Assembly: GCA_050260635.1 (NCBI GenBank) | Contig: JBLNCL010000030.1 | Location: 72,590-136,589, forward strand | DNA length: 64,000 bases | DNA from: Betaproteobacteria bacterium | Lineage (GTDB): Bacteria; Bacillota; UBA5301; DYFA01 | Direction: 5' to 3' | Part shown: positions 9,316-18,542 of the stretch, in pieces | Position numbering within the stretch: position 1 is the first letter of the stretch | Layout: the number at the start of each line of letters is the position of its first letter | Position numbers and translations under genes: made by a program | Notes under the pieces: generated by a model | What the model was told of the DNA's origin: nothing | Databases searched by the model: none | Seen by the model: the letters and a program-made list of their open reading frames with translations, nothing else

Positions 9316-11097
9316 CTATGCGGGTGAGGGAGCGGTTATACCATCTGTTTCACGGGTTTGAGCTTTATCTTCCCCAGCCCCGGCTGCCCGAGTCTCCGCT
9401 TCGCCCCGGGTGGTGTCGGTCGGCCGAGTCTGGTTCAGAATGGCGACGAAGGCCTGAACGACGTGAGGATCGTACTTGCGCCCGGCGCCGTCCCAAAGCT
9501 CGGCCTGAGCGGTGGCGCAGTCCCGGGCCGGGCGATAGGGGCGGTCCGAGGTCATGGCGTGATAGGTATCAGCGACCGCGATGATGCGGGCGTAAAGTCC
9601 GATCGCTTCGTCGCGCAGACGGTCAGGATAGCCGGAGCCGTCCAGCCGCTCATGGTGTTGGCGAATAGCCTGGGTGATGACGGGGGCAAAGCCCGCCTCC
9701 GCGGCAACTTCCGCCCCAATCACAGGATGAAGCTTAATGGCGGCCCACTCCCCTTCGCTCAGGGCGCCAGGTTTCTTGAGGATGACGTCGGGCACGCCAG
9801 CCTTGCCGATGTCGTGCAAGAGGGCGGCGCACTCCAGTTCACCCAGTTGTTGTTCGCTAAGGCCCAATTCCTTGCCGATGGCAACGGCAAACTCCGCCAC
9901 CTGCCGCGTGTGCTGGGAGGTGTACCCGTCCTTGAGCCCCAACATGAGGTTGAGCACTCCTGGAAAGGCTTCGAGATAAGCCATCAGTCGGTTCACTGAC
10001 CGGGTAAGGTCCAACAGGTCGTCGCCTGCCGCAACCTGCGTGTACATGACCCGGCTCTCCTTGGTCAGGCGGAACAGGCGCTCGATCGGAAGCAGGAGGC
10101 GATCGACGAAGAGCAGCATCAAAAGGAGTGTGGCTAAGGCCGTGGCCACAAAGATGAGCAGCCAGCCACGGAGGAACAGGTTGAAGGGGCGCAGCAGGAC
10201 GTTCGGCGGGACGTAGGAGACCACCGTCCAGCCGGTTGACGGCACTCGGGTGTAGGTGATCAACCACTTGGACCCTGACTTGACGTCCGGCGGATAACCA
10301 AAAAAGGAACCCTCCTCGCCACCTCTGACCGCGGCGCGCACCTGAGCCGGGGTTGACTGATCCTCAACCGCCAAGGAATCCCGGAGGAGCTGCGTTTTTC
10401 CAGTCTGAGAGTCTATCATGATCCGGCCTCGCCGGTCGAAGACCAGCACCCGTCCGGATCCTGGCCGGTAGCCTAGCATCACATGGCGGGCCGCCGCCGA
10501 CAGCTTGAGGTCGATCACCGCCACCCCGACCAGTTCCCCAGTGGCGGATAGGACTGGACGGCTGAGGGTGATGGCCATCTGCCCCGTACGCAGGTCGGGA
10601 TAGGGATCGCTGACGCTGCGAGCCTCCTTGGCATGGAGCGAGATGAGCCACGGACGCTGCCGGACGTCAACAGAAGCAGGCGGCCGCCGTCCGGTACCCG
10701 TGATGGAAGTGCCGTCGGCCTTCCATAAGAACACGTCCAGCAGGTCGTTGTCACTCTCCAAGAGGATGCGCAGCTCCTCTTGGAAGCGGGCGTTCTGAAG
10801 TTGGTACGCCACGGCCGCCTGCCCCACTTGGGCGAGCAGTCCAGTCTTCTTCTGAAGCCAGGCATCGAGCTGCCGGGCAATGGCGCGGCAGGCGTTAAGG
10901 GCATGTTCCTGGCCGTCCGCGGCAACCGCACGTCTGACCAGGACTAGGGTAGCGCTGGAAAGCGTCAAAAAGATCAAGGTGGTCGCCAGTAAGGCTGCGA
11001 GTCGCCAACGAGTTCCCCATTTTCCCTGAACTGCCACCGTATCCCCGCCCGTTGCTACGTTGCTGTCTGAAGCTCTACGCAGTAATAAGTTGGGCAA
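9316..11097 (-). CDS. Sensor HD-GYP phosphodiesterase (TM, periplasmic Cache-like sensor, HAMP, HD-GYP)
   Basis: C-terminal [10 protein letters not shown]...[19 protein letters not shown] signature; N-terminal TM segment followed by a ~250 aa extracytoplasmic region and a second TM. Confidence 0.75.
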   Translation of the reverse strand: MPNLLLRRASDSNVATGGDTVAVQGKWGTRWRLAALLATTLIFLTLSSATLVLVRRAVAADGQEHALNACRAIARQLDAWLQKKTGLLAQVGQAAVAYQLQNARFQEELRILLESDNDLLDVFLWKADGTSITGTGRRPPASVDVRQRPWLISLHAKEARSVSDPYPDLRTGQMAITLSRPVLSATGELVGVAVIDLKLSAAARHVMLGYRPGSGRVLVFDRRGRIMIDSQTGKTQLLRDSLAVEDQSTPAQVRAAVRGGEEGSFFGYPPDVKSGSKWLITYTRVPSTGWTVVSYVPPNVLLRPFNLFLRGWLLIFVATALATLLLMLLFVDRLLLPIERLFRLTKESRVMYTQVAAGDDLLDLTRSVNRLMAYLEAFPGVLNLMLGLKDGYTSQHTRQVAEFAVAIGKELGLSEQQLGELECAALLHDIGKAGVPDVILKKPGALSEGEWAAIKLHPVIGAEVAAEAGFAPVITQAIRQHHERLDGSGYPDRLRDEAIGLYARIIAVADTYHAMTSDRPYRPARDCATAQAELWDGAGRKYDPHVVQAFVAILNQTRPTDTTRGEAETRAAGAGEDKAQTRETDGITAPSPA

Positions 11098-11114
11098 GTG
11101 ATTCGATATTCCTG

Positions 11115-12278
11115 CTAGACCGCCCGAAAGCTCACTTCTCCGTCACACCAGACCGCCACTGGACGGCTCCGCACCTCCAGCGGATGGCCGGACCAGACCA
11201 CCAGGTCGGCATCCTTCCCCGGCTCGAGGCTCCCCAAACGATCGGCTACGCCCATGATCTCAGCCGCCGAAAGGGTAATGGCGCGGAGCGCCGCTTCCTC
11301 CGGCAGCCCCTCCCGCACAGCGAGGCCGGCGCAGAGAGGCAGGTACTGAACCGGCACCACCGGATGGTCGGTCATCAAGGCGAACCTTACCCCTGCCTCA
11401 TACAAAAGGCGCGGCGTCTCCAGGCTGCGGTCGCGCAGCTCGTACTTGGATCGGGAGGCCAAGAGCGGTCCCACGACCACCGGGATCCCCCGCGCCGCCA
11501 GTTCGGAGGCGATCTTGTGTCCCTCGGTGGCGTGTTCGATCACCAGATCGATCCCGAATTCTTCGGCCACCCGGATGGCGGTCATGATATCGTCTGCCCG
11601 ATGGGCATGGGCCCGAAGGGGATACCGCCGCTCCAACACCCCCGCCACAGCCTCCAGGCCCAGATCACGGTCGGGTGGTGGTCCGCTGGCTTCGCCTCCC
11701 CCCGGACGGCGCTTCTCGGCGTAAGTGCGGGCCTCCAACAGCGCCTTCCGAAGCAGGCCAGCGGTTCCCATACGGGTCTGCGGACTCTTCTTTTGCTCGT
11801 GGTAGACGCGCTTCGGGTTCTCCCCAAAGGCGGCCTTGAGCCCGGCGGGCTGCCGGAGGACCATCCGATCGATCACCGTGCCCCGGGTCTTGATGGCCAC
11901 CATTTGACCGCCGAGAACATTGGCGCTGCCCGGCGCCACGGTGCAGGCGGTCACTCCGCCGGCCAGGGCGTCTGCCAGGCCAATCTCCTCCGGGTTGATC
12001 CCGTCCAGGGCCCGCAGGTGGGGAGTGAGCGGCTCACTCTTCTCGTTGTAATCCGCCCCCTCGAACCCGATGCCCTCCTCACTGATCCCCAGGTGGGTAT
12101 GGGCGTCGATGATCCCAGGTGTGACGATCCTTCCCTGGGCGTCGAAGACCTCAGTTCCATCGGGCAGGGGAACCCGCTCCCCGACTGCCACTAACTTGCC
12201 ACGGTCAAAAAGAACTGTCCCCCCCTTGATCCTCCCCCGGGTGACAGTCCAGAGGTTGCCGTTCACGATCGCCTGCAT
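11115..12278 (-). CDS. Metal-dependent amidohydrolase (Amidohydro_1 family). The start is the ATG at ~12278 after a GAAGGAGGAAGGG RBS.
   Basis: [10 protein letters not shown] metal-binding HxH motif near the N-terminus; conserved His/Asp downstream (HATEGH, DHPV). The track ORF begins further upstream at 12398. Confidence 0.75.
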   Translation of the reverse strand: MQAIVNGNLWTVTRGRIKGGTVLFDRGKLVAVGERVPLPDGTEVFDAQGRIVTPGIIDAHTHLGISEEGIGFEGADYNEKSEPLTPHLRALDGINPEEIGLADALAGGVTACTVAPGSANVLGGQMVAIKTRGTVIDRMVLRQPAGLKAAFGENPKRVYHEQKKSPQTRMGTAGLLRKALLEARTYAEKRRPGGGEASGPPPDRDLGLEAVAGVLERRYPLRAHAHRADDIMTAIRVAEEFGIDLVIEHATEGHKIASELAARGIPVVVGPLLASRSKYELRDRSLETPRLLYEAGVRFALMTDHPVVPVQYLPLCAGLAVREGLPEEAALRAITLSAAEIMGVADRLGSLEPGKDADLVVWSGHPLEVRSRPVAVWCDGEVSFRAV

Positions 12279-12306
12279 GTCCCTTCCTCCTTCGTCAGGC
12301 AGTCCC

Positions 12307-14028
12307 TCACTCAGCGCCGGCTGCGGTCCGGGCGGGCGCCTCCAGGAACGAAGCCGCGAAGGCATCCACCACCCACGGGTCGAACTGCGTACCCGCACAA
12401 CGTCTGAGCTCAGCGAGGGCCTCAGACACAGCTTTGGCCCGCTGGTACGGCCGTTCGGTGGTCATGGCGTCGAAGGCGTCGGCTACCGACAGAATGCGGG
12501 CCAACCATGGAATCTCGGCGCACCTGAGGCGATCGGGATACCCGGTCCCGTCATACCGCTCGTGATGGTGAAGGACTATTGGCACTACGTCACGGAGAGA
12601 GCGAACCGGCTTGATGATCTCTGCGCCCCAAACCGGGTGCTGCTCGATGATCTTGCGCTCTTCCGGCGTGAGCTTGGTCTCCTTGTTGAGGATATCCCGG
12701 GCAATCTCGATCTTTCCGATATCGTGGAGGAACGCGGCGATTCGCAACAGCTTCACCTGCTCCTCCTCCAAACTAAGCTGGCGGGCGATGATTAGGCAGT
12801 AATTGACTACCCGTTCCGAGTGGCCGTAGGTGTAGCGGTCCTTGGCGTTGATCACGGTTAGCAGCGTCTTGACCGTGTTGATGAGGCTTAGTTCTGAGGA
12901 GTCGAGTTGGGCCTTTAGGTCATCGAAGACCGAGTGGTAGACCTCCACTCTCGCTTCGGAGTATTTCGCCGCGTAAAGCGCTTCGTCCGCCCGTTTGATC
13001 AAAGCATCCTTGTCCGTGGCAGAGTTCGGATAGACGGCCACGCCGGCTGAGAGTGAGACACCGGTCTTCCTGCCCTGGGCATCATGGTGGACATATCGGT
13101 TCACCGCCTCTTGGACCCGCCGGGCAACCGCCTGGGCCGCCTCGAGGTCGGTGTTCGGCAAAATGAGGGCAAATTCGTCGCCCCCGTAGCGAGCTCCCGT
13201 GTCGCCGGACCGGATGACCGCCCGAATGGCGTCGCCGATGGCCGTCAGGAGCCTGTCCCCCTCCGGGTGACCAAAAGCATCGTTGTAGTTCTTGAAGTAG
13301 TCGATGTCGAGCATGACCAGCGCCACCTGCGACCCGCGGACGCGGGCAGACTCGATCTCTTTGGCGAGCTGGGTGTGAAACTGGCGATGGTTGGCAAGAT
13401 GAGTCAGACCGTCCGTAAGGGCAAGGTCCGCCAGGATCCGTTTATGCTCTTCCTCCGCCCGCTCGTTCTCGAAGATGCGGGTCACGATCATGACCGTGAG
13501 AAAATCAGCGATGTGAGTGCCCAGCTCAGGCAACCATCCCACCAACTCCGCCCCTTCCAGCCATGGGCTCAGGACAGCATCGGTGGTCAGTGCGACGATG
13601 GCAATGATGGCTGCTTTCCACAGTGTCAGACGGTAGGAAAGCCCCCGACTCAGGACGCCGGCCACCAGACCCACAAGCAAGGGAACGACCACGCCCCCCC
13701 CTGGCCAGCTCCTCTCCAAGGCCAGTCGCCAAACCAGGAAAAAGACCCCCTGTCCGACCCCAACCGCCGGCCCTCCGTACATGCCTCCGACTACCGGTGC
13801 AATGTATCGGACATTCCGACTGATGAGCGAAAAGGGCGGGGTCAAGAGTTCCCCCGCCGTCGAGATGAGGCTCATGGACAAGCTGATGAGCAGCGACGTC
13901 AGCGGGCTTCGGTCTCCCATCAGCCAGCGCCGGACAAAGGCCAACTGGCTGAGCAGGTAGCTAACGGCTATGACCACGCAACACGCCAACGCCAAGGCGT
14001 TAAGGGCCGACCATAGATCGGCGTTCAC
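12307..14028 (-). CDS. Membrane-anchored bifunctional diguanylate cyclase / HD-GYP protein (N-terminal multi-TM sensor, GGDEF, HD-GYP)
   Basis: GGDEF active site RYGGDEFALIL; HD-GYP block HDIGKIEI...HHHERYDGTGYPDRL; N-terminal ~200 aa polytopic region. Confidence 0.8.
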   Translation of the reverse strand: MNADLWSALNALALACCVVIAVSYLLSQLAFVRRWLMGDRSPLTSLLISLSMSLISTAGELLTPPFSLISRNVRYIAPVVGGMYGGPAVGVGQGVFFLVWRLALERSWPGGGVVVPLLVGLVAGVLSRGLSYRLTLWKAAIIAIVALTTDAVLSPWLEGAELVGWLPELGTHIADFLTVMIVTRIFENERAEEEHKRILADLALTDGLTHLANHRQFHTQLAKEIESARVRGSQVALVMLDIDYFKNYNDAFGHPEGDRLLTAIGDAIRAVIRSGDTGARYGGDEFALILPNTDLEAAQAVARRVQEAVNRYVHHDAQGRKTGVSLSAGVAVYPNSATDKDALIKRADEALYAAKYSEARVEVYHSVFDDLKAQLDSSELSLINTVKTLLTVINAKDRYTYGHSERVVNYCLIIARQLSLEEEQVKLLRIAAFLHDIGKIEIARDILNKETKLTPEERKIIEQHPVWGAEIIKPVRSLRDVVPIVLHHHERYDGTGYPDRLRCAEIPWLARILSVADAFDAMTTERPYQRAKAVSEALAELRRCAGTQFDPWVVDAFAASFLEAPARTAAGAE

Positions 14029-14127
14029 TCGCCGCCCACCTCACTAGGCCGCTCAATTGCGCAGCCAAGCTATTCATTTGGTAGAATTCGGCGAAATCTG
14101 CCAGCTTCCTGCCCTGACCGTGGCCAG

Positions 14128-14328
14128 TCAACGGCGGCCGAGGCGGCCACCTCGGCGGTACTTATGCGAGTTGGCCCAGTAAGCGTCCTTGGCATCGAGG
14201 AAGCGTTCGGTGCTCTCCTTGACCGGGTCGACCTTCTTCTCCTTGCGCGTCGCCCCCTCCTCACCCGCTGGCGAGCCGTCCGAGCTCTCGCCGAGGATCT
14301 CCTGGACTAGCTTACGGTAGGCGTTCAT
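14128..14328 (-). CDS. Small hypothetical protein (~66 aa; start uncertain)
   Basis: ORF between the GGDEF gene and tRNA-Leu. The longer track ORF (to 14544) would overlap the tRNA, so I took the internal ATG at ~14328. No recognisable family. Confidence 0.25.
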   Translation of the reverse strand: MNAYRKLVQEILGESSDGSPAGEEGATRKEKKVDPVKESTERFLDAKDAYWANSHKYRRGGRLGRR

Positions 14329-14514
14329 GGCCCGCTTCAGGCTGGGATAGGAGCCAACGAGCTTGCCCAGGTGGAGGAGATGGTACCGGTTGTCAGCGGG
14401 GACGGCGGGTGTCCCCTGTTCGAGCGAAACCCCGGCGCGCTGGTTGTACTGGCGGTACAAAGCAATCCCTCCCCGCAAGACAAAAAAGCTCGCCCCGGTT
14501 GGGGCGATGAAGCT

Positions 14515-14602
14515 TGGTGCCGAAGGAGGGAATCGAACCCTCACGGGGGGTTACCCCACTCGATTTTGAGTCGAGCGCGTCTGCCAGTTCCACCACTTCG
14601 GC
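14515..14602 (-). tRNA. tRNA-Leu (anticodon CAA), 88 nt with long variable arm and encoded CCA
   Basis: Minus-strand sequence GCCGAAGTGGTGGAACTGGCAGACGCGCTCGACTCAAAATCGAGTGGGGTAACCCCCCGTGAGGGTTCGATTCCCTCCTTCGGCACCA folds as a cloverleaf: 7-bp acceptor stem, CTCAAAA anticodon loop, GGTTCGATTCC T-arm. Confidence 0.9.
14547..14602. repeat. Direct repeat copy 1 (56 nt, 5' half of tRNA-Leu), attL-type junction of the island
   Basis: Exact 56/56 nt identity with 29443-29498. Sequences diverge immediately outside both copies. Confidence 0.85.
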
Positions 14603-14703
14603 TTGAAGAACGACTTTGCACCCTTAGCGTCTCTTCAGACACGCTCGATTCGGAACTCTCGGATCACTCCTGATGCCCTTCATCGAGCGCGTTCGCACCT
14701 ATA

Positions 14704-14732
14704 ATAATACGCTACACGTATTCCAGTGTCAA
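14704..14732 (-). promoter_or_regulatory. Consensus sigma-A-like promoter (TTGACA-17-TATTAT) inside the island, oriented toward the reconstituted tRNA-Leu
   Basis: Minus-strand reading TTGACActggaatacgtgtagcgTATTAT. The -10 lies ~95 nt upstream of the tRNA 5' end. Confidence 0.4.
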
Positions 14733-15072
14733 CCGGCCACGTGCTGCCCTCTGCTGCCGCAGAGGGGTGGCATTCTGCGAATGCCTGGTTCGAGTTCCCC
14801 TCCGGCCTGTGCGTACCCGCAAATGCACCACCCGTGATGCTTCCTGTGGATTGGCCTAAGAGGCCCTCTGGCACGCCTAGGAGCCTGTGCGTCCATTCCT
14901 CGGTCGTAACCGGCACCGGAGGCTCATCAAGACACTTGAATCCTGTGGCGGCATGGCCTGGTGAGGTTACCCCGCCCGTCTCGGGTGGCGCGGCTCATGC
15001 GGGAAGCCTAGTAGTACAGCCTAGGTGCACAGACTTGGCTCGCAAGCCCCACTAAAGTTCTTCATACGCCCA

Positions 15073-15555
15073 TCACTTACCGAGTACTAATGGGGAGAAA
15101 AGGTAGGCGTCATCAGTCTTAGCCAGCAGCTTCTTGGCGTTGTCCTTCGCATCTGCAATAGCCGAGGCAATTACCTGCGGGGCTTCCTCCAGCATCTGTG
15201 GTCCCGCAAGGCCGCTTATGACCATGTCCCATGTTTGCCGAACGGTATCGAAGTCATTGAGAATCTTGTCCATGTCGGGCTTGAATGGTTCCTCGGGATA
15301 CTTGTCCAGGTACTTGTGGTAAGCGACGTAGAGGTTCTGATAGCTCGTATTGTAGTCCTGATACGTCATCCCACCAGCCTCGCACTTGTAAGCGAAGTCA
15401 ATCGCCTGGTTCGCTAGTGCCTCAATCTCTGCCTTCGGTGGTAGGGTTGCATAGCTTACTTGCGCTAGTGTGAGAGCCAAAGCGAACCCCAGACCAATCG
15501 CCACACTCCTTCTCTTCATGCGGCCTACCATCTTCATGCTTTCCCTCCCGAACAA
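15073..15555 (-). CDS. Secreted/lipoprotein-like hypothetical protein (island cargo)
   Basis: N-terminal signal peptide MKRRSVAIGLGFALALTLAQVSYA; no recognisable catalytic motifs; AT-rich codon usage unlike the host. Confidence 0.45.
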   Translation of the reverse strand: MFGRESMKMVGRMKRRSVAIGLGFALALTLAQVSYATLPPKAEIEALANQAIDFAYKCEAGGMTYQDYNTSYQNLYVAYHKYLDKYPEEPFKPDMDKILNDFDTVRQTWDMVISGLAGPQMLEEAPQVIASAIADAKDNAKKLLAKTDDAYLFSPLVLGK

Positions 15556-16077
15556 TCGGTCGTCTTATAGCAGTGCACATTGTCCCCAAGACGGGACTTG
15601 TCGTCGCTACGTGTCGATTTAATGGGAAATCTTCTCATTCATGGTCTATGATTCCTTCCGGCAAGTATCAGGCGAGAAGCCTAGGCGCACAGATATGCTC
15701 TACATCTACCATCCCAAGCACGTTCTTTTCTTCGTCCCCACACTGAGCTTCGACAACTCCAGTGCAAGGAAGATGGGCTCTGAGTGGCTCATTCTTCGCG
15801 TTGCGTCCCCCCAAACCCGGCTCAATTTTGGGTTGGCGAAAGCCCGCACCCTCGCCGCCGAGCAGATCGCCGTCCGCAGCATCCTCGCTTGTGTCGCTCA
15901 GTGCGGAGCAGCATAGGGGAGACGACCCAGGAATCATAAGCTAGCTTGCCGTCAGTTTCCTCGACAGCAAGCTAGCTTGAGCAGTCCGCAGGCCCCCCGA
16001 CAAGCAGAGCTTGCTGGGGGCCTAGCTACCTGCATGAAGATGGTAGATGTTGATAGTAGGAAACAACCACCCGTCTT

Positions 16078-16198
16078 GCGGACCGTCGGACGGTTCGGAC
16101 CGTTGATTTCAGCAGTCTACTCTTCTTCTCTTATCTCATTCTCAATTACCAAGAATAAAGGAGCAAAGTGACGGTCAGAACGGTCGGGACGGTCCGTG
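16078..16198. repeat. Iteron-like inverted arrays of three GGACCGT / ACGGTC repeats flanking a 65-nt AT-rich spacer
   Basis: GCGGACCGTCGGACGGTTCGGACCGTT ... (AT-rich) ... GACGGTCAGAACGGTCGGGACGGTCCG. Located immediately 3' of the P-loop NTPase gene. Confidence 0.5.
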
Positions 16199-16222
16199 GA
16201 AAAAACCTAACCAACGCGACTT

Positions 16223-17704
16223 TCATGCATCGAGCATATTCTCCCCGTGGGGTCTCTCCAGTTCATAAAGCCGGTACAGTGTCGCACCGTTCTGGCTTCT
16301 TCCTGCCTCTTCATATTCGATGCCAAGGTCCCTAAGACAAGGCAGTATTCGTTTCATTTCACACGACAGCTTCTTCTCGCTGTTGAGCCAATCTTCACCC
16401 CTGATATCATCGTCTGAGACTTTCAGCCTCAGAGCAGCCAACATTTGTTTGGTCGTGCCTTTCCAACTGCCATGATGCTCCTTGAGAAGTTGACGTGCAA
16501 GTGGTATTAGCGATTCTCCTCGTACAGTGTCTTCCAGAGTCCGCGACCGCACGTACGTCCAAGCCTTGAGGAAGTCGCCTTTGAAGAACCCTACCGCTTC
16601 TTCAACACAGGACCCCCACACTTCAAAGTCTGCCATCCTTGACTCAACGTCCGCACTATTCGCCTCTGCCTCAAACCTCTTTAGGCCCTGTGCAATAGCA
16701 CTACATAAAAACCCCAAAATGCGCGGTGTGGTTTCTGCGAAGGCAGCTTCTATTGCCGTCGCTGTACGCCTCTTTTCGATTCGGCTCAAGGGTATTGTAA
16801 TGGTCCGGCTCCGAAGGTCTCTCGCCGTAACAACATTCTTGACGGAGGTGATTATTACTGGCCGTGCAATGTGATAAGCGCGCATGATGTCAGTCGTGTA
16901 TAGCTCTCGTATCTGCATTCCAATGCCAGTCGAGACCTTGCATAGACTGTTTGATAGCCACTGATCTATCTTGGAGACATTATCGAAAGCTAATACCCAC
17001 GAACCATTCGCAATCTGAACCAACTGCTCTTCGTTTCGAGGTAGGGTTTTCAGAGGGTCCATAACCGGATCAATAAGCGATACGAGCATCTTCGCCAATG
17101 TACTCTTTCCGGTGCCAGGTCCGCCAATGAGGTTCAAAATTGGATAGCCGCACTTCCACGGCGTCAACCACCAAGTAATCAAGGCGGCAAGTACGATGAA
17201 GTCGGATATCTCCATGCCATCGATAAACTGCCATAAATCCTCTACAACTCCCCCCTCAACCGGTTGCGGAAGCGGTAACAAATGCGGCGGTCGGTTGAAC
17301 AAAACCGGGTGGTCTTTCACAACCTGCCAGCCATCCCGGGTAATCTTGACTGCTTCCCAATTCTCATTGCACAGGTCGATGTAAATGCAGCCCTCCCCCG
17401 GAGCGGTTCGAACATATGTTTTTGCATCAGGTGCCGTGCAATCCGCTTCAGCAACCAGAGCTTTGATCGCTTCACTGAGCGCGTAGGAATTGACTATTTC
17501 ACCCGTCTGAGTGCGATATAAGTGCCTAAGACGATTGGACAATCTGTCTGAATTGAGCGGCCACTGCTCGAAATGGTCGTCCACTTTGATTCTCCCAAAA
17601 GTCTGGCCCCCTGCCTTGAAATACTCAATCTGTGATCCTGCGAACTCAACGAGACGCTGTATTTGTTTATAGTTTGACGATTTTTTTCGATCATTCCTTG
17701 CCAT
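16223..17704 (-). CDS. P-loop NTPase, putative mobile-element replication/primase-helicase-like protein (SF3-helicase-like Walker A)
   Basis: Central Walker A GGPGTGKSTLAKML preceded by a ~200 aa N-terminal domain. Walker B-like hhhhDN follows (VLAFDNV). 493 aa. This domain arrangement is seen in phage/ICE D5/P4-type replication ATPases. The family assignment is tentative. Confidence 0.4.
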   Translation of the reverse strand: MARNDRKKSSNYKQIQRLVEFAGSQIEYFKAGGQTFGRIKVDDHFEQWPLNSDRLSNRLRHLYRTQTGEIVNSYALSEAIKALVAEADCTAPDAKTYVRTAPGEGCIYIDLCNENWEAVKITRDGWQVVKDHPVLFNRPPHLLPLPQPVEGGVVEDLWQFIDGMEISDFIVLAALITWWLTPWKCGYPILNLIGGPGTGKSTLAKMLVSLIDPVMDPLKTLPRNEEQLVQIANGSWVLAFDNVSKIDQWLSNSLCKVSTGIGMQIRELYTTDIMRAYHIARPVIITSVKNVVTARDLRSRTITIPLSRIEKRRTATAIEAAFAETTPRILGFLCSAIAQGLKRFEAEANSADVESRMADFEVWGSCVEEAVGFFKGDFLKAWTYVRSRTLEDTVRGESLIPLARQLLKEHHGSWKGTTKQMLAALRLKVSDDDIRGEDWLNSEKKLSCEMKRILPCLRDLGIEYEEAGRSQNGATLYRLYELERPHGENMLDA

Positions 17705-18542
17705 CAGTATGTTTCGACCTCCAATGCCATAAGATGGATACGCCGAGTTGCTTTTCCTTCGTTCTCCGCTTACACATCAGAATGGTTATCCTACAGCAGT
17801 CATCAAGATCATAAGCCCCCCTTCAAGACAAACCAAGAGCCCATGCCAAGGACGGCATTGGGCTCGATAGAGAAAGCCCATGCCATTCTTGGAACACGGG
17901 CTTGCATCGATCTATCAGCGAGTGGTATAGTGATCTTGGTAGTTAGCCACTCGCTCGGCGATGAAGCCCGGGCAGCCGAACCTCTCCTGCGCCAACAGGA
18001 GGGGTTCATCCGTTATAGGAAGATTGTACCGCTCGGGGCAGACCACGTCCAATCGAGTACCAGTCATTGGTAGGTCGTTTCCCCTCAATTCTATCAGGCA
18101 ACCCGTCCATTCTTTTTGCTGCGCGCCTGATTTCACCGGATTCCTAGCGCTTACGGAAGCCGAAAAGCCGCTCCCAGAGCCAGTTTTTTGCGATAACTAA
18201 AGTTATTCGTCCAAGGAATAGGCCACTAGCAGCGACTGGGCATCAGTATCCAGCAATAACTAATTACGAGTGCGTGGCCGAGGCTATCTTTCGTGCTCCT
18301 GGGGAGATAATAGGGCATCTACTTTCCCCTTGCCGGGCGATCTAGCGCCCTGTGGAACCTAGAGGGCTCCTAAAATGCAGGAACTATGGGTGATCAGATG
18401 CCGTAGCTCTACCTAGCTCCACAACACACGCTCTGTCATTCCTGCTCACCTCGTACGGATATTCGAAACAGTCCACTCCATAAGCTGCGCCTGGAATTCT
18501 GCCACTTGGGAGATCGTCAACTGATGCCTCCGAGCTGATACT

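Noticed and set aside
13084-14016. 310-aa plus-strand ORF opposite the GGDEF/HD-GYP gene
   Set aside because: Antisense artefact; the minus-strand gene has clear GGDEF and HD-GYP signatures.
14393-14596. 67-aa ORF (MVELADALDSKSSG...)
   Set aside because: It is the tRNA-Leu sequence read as protein (GTG GTG GAA CTG GCA GAC is the tRNA 5' acceptor/D-arm).
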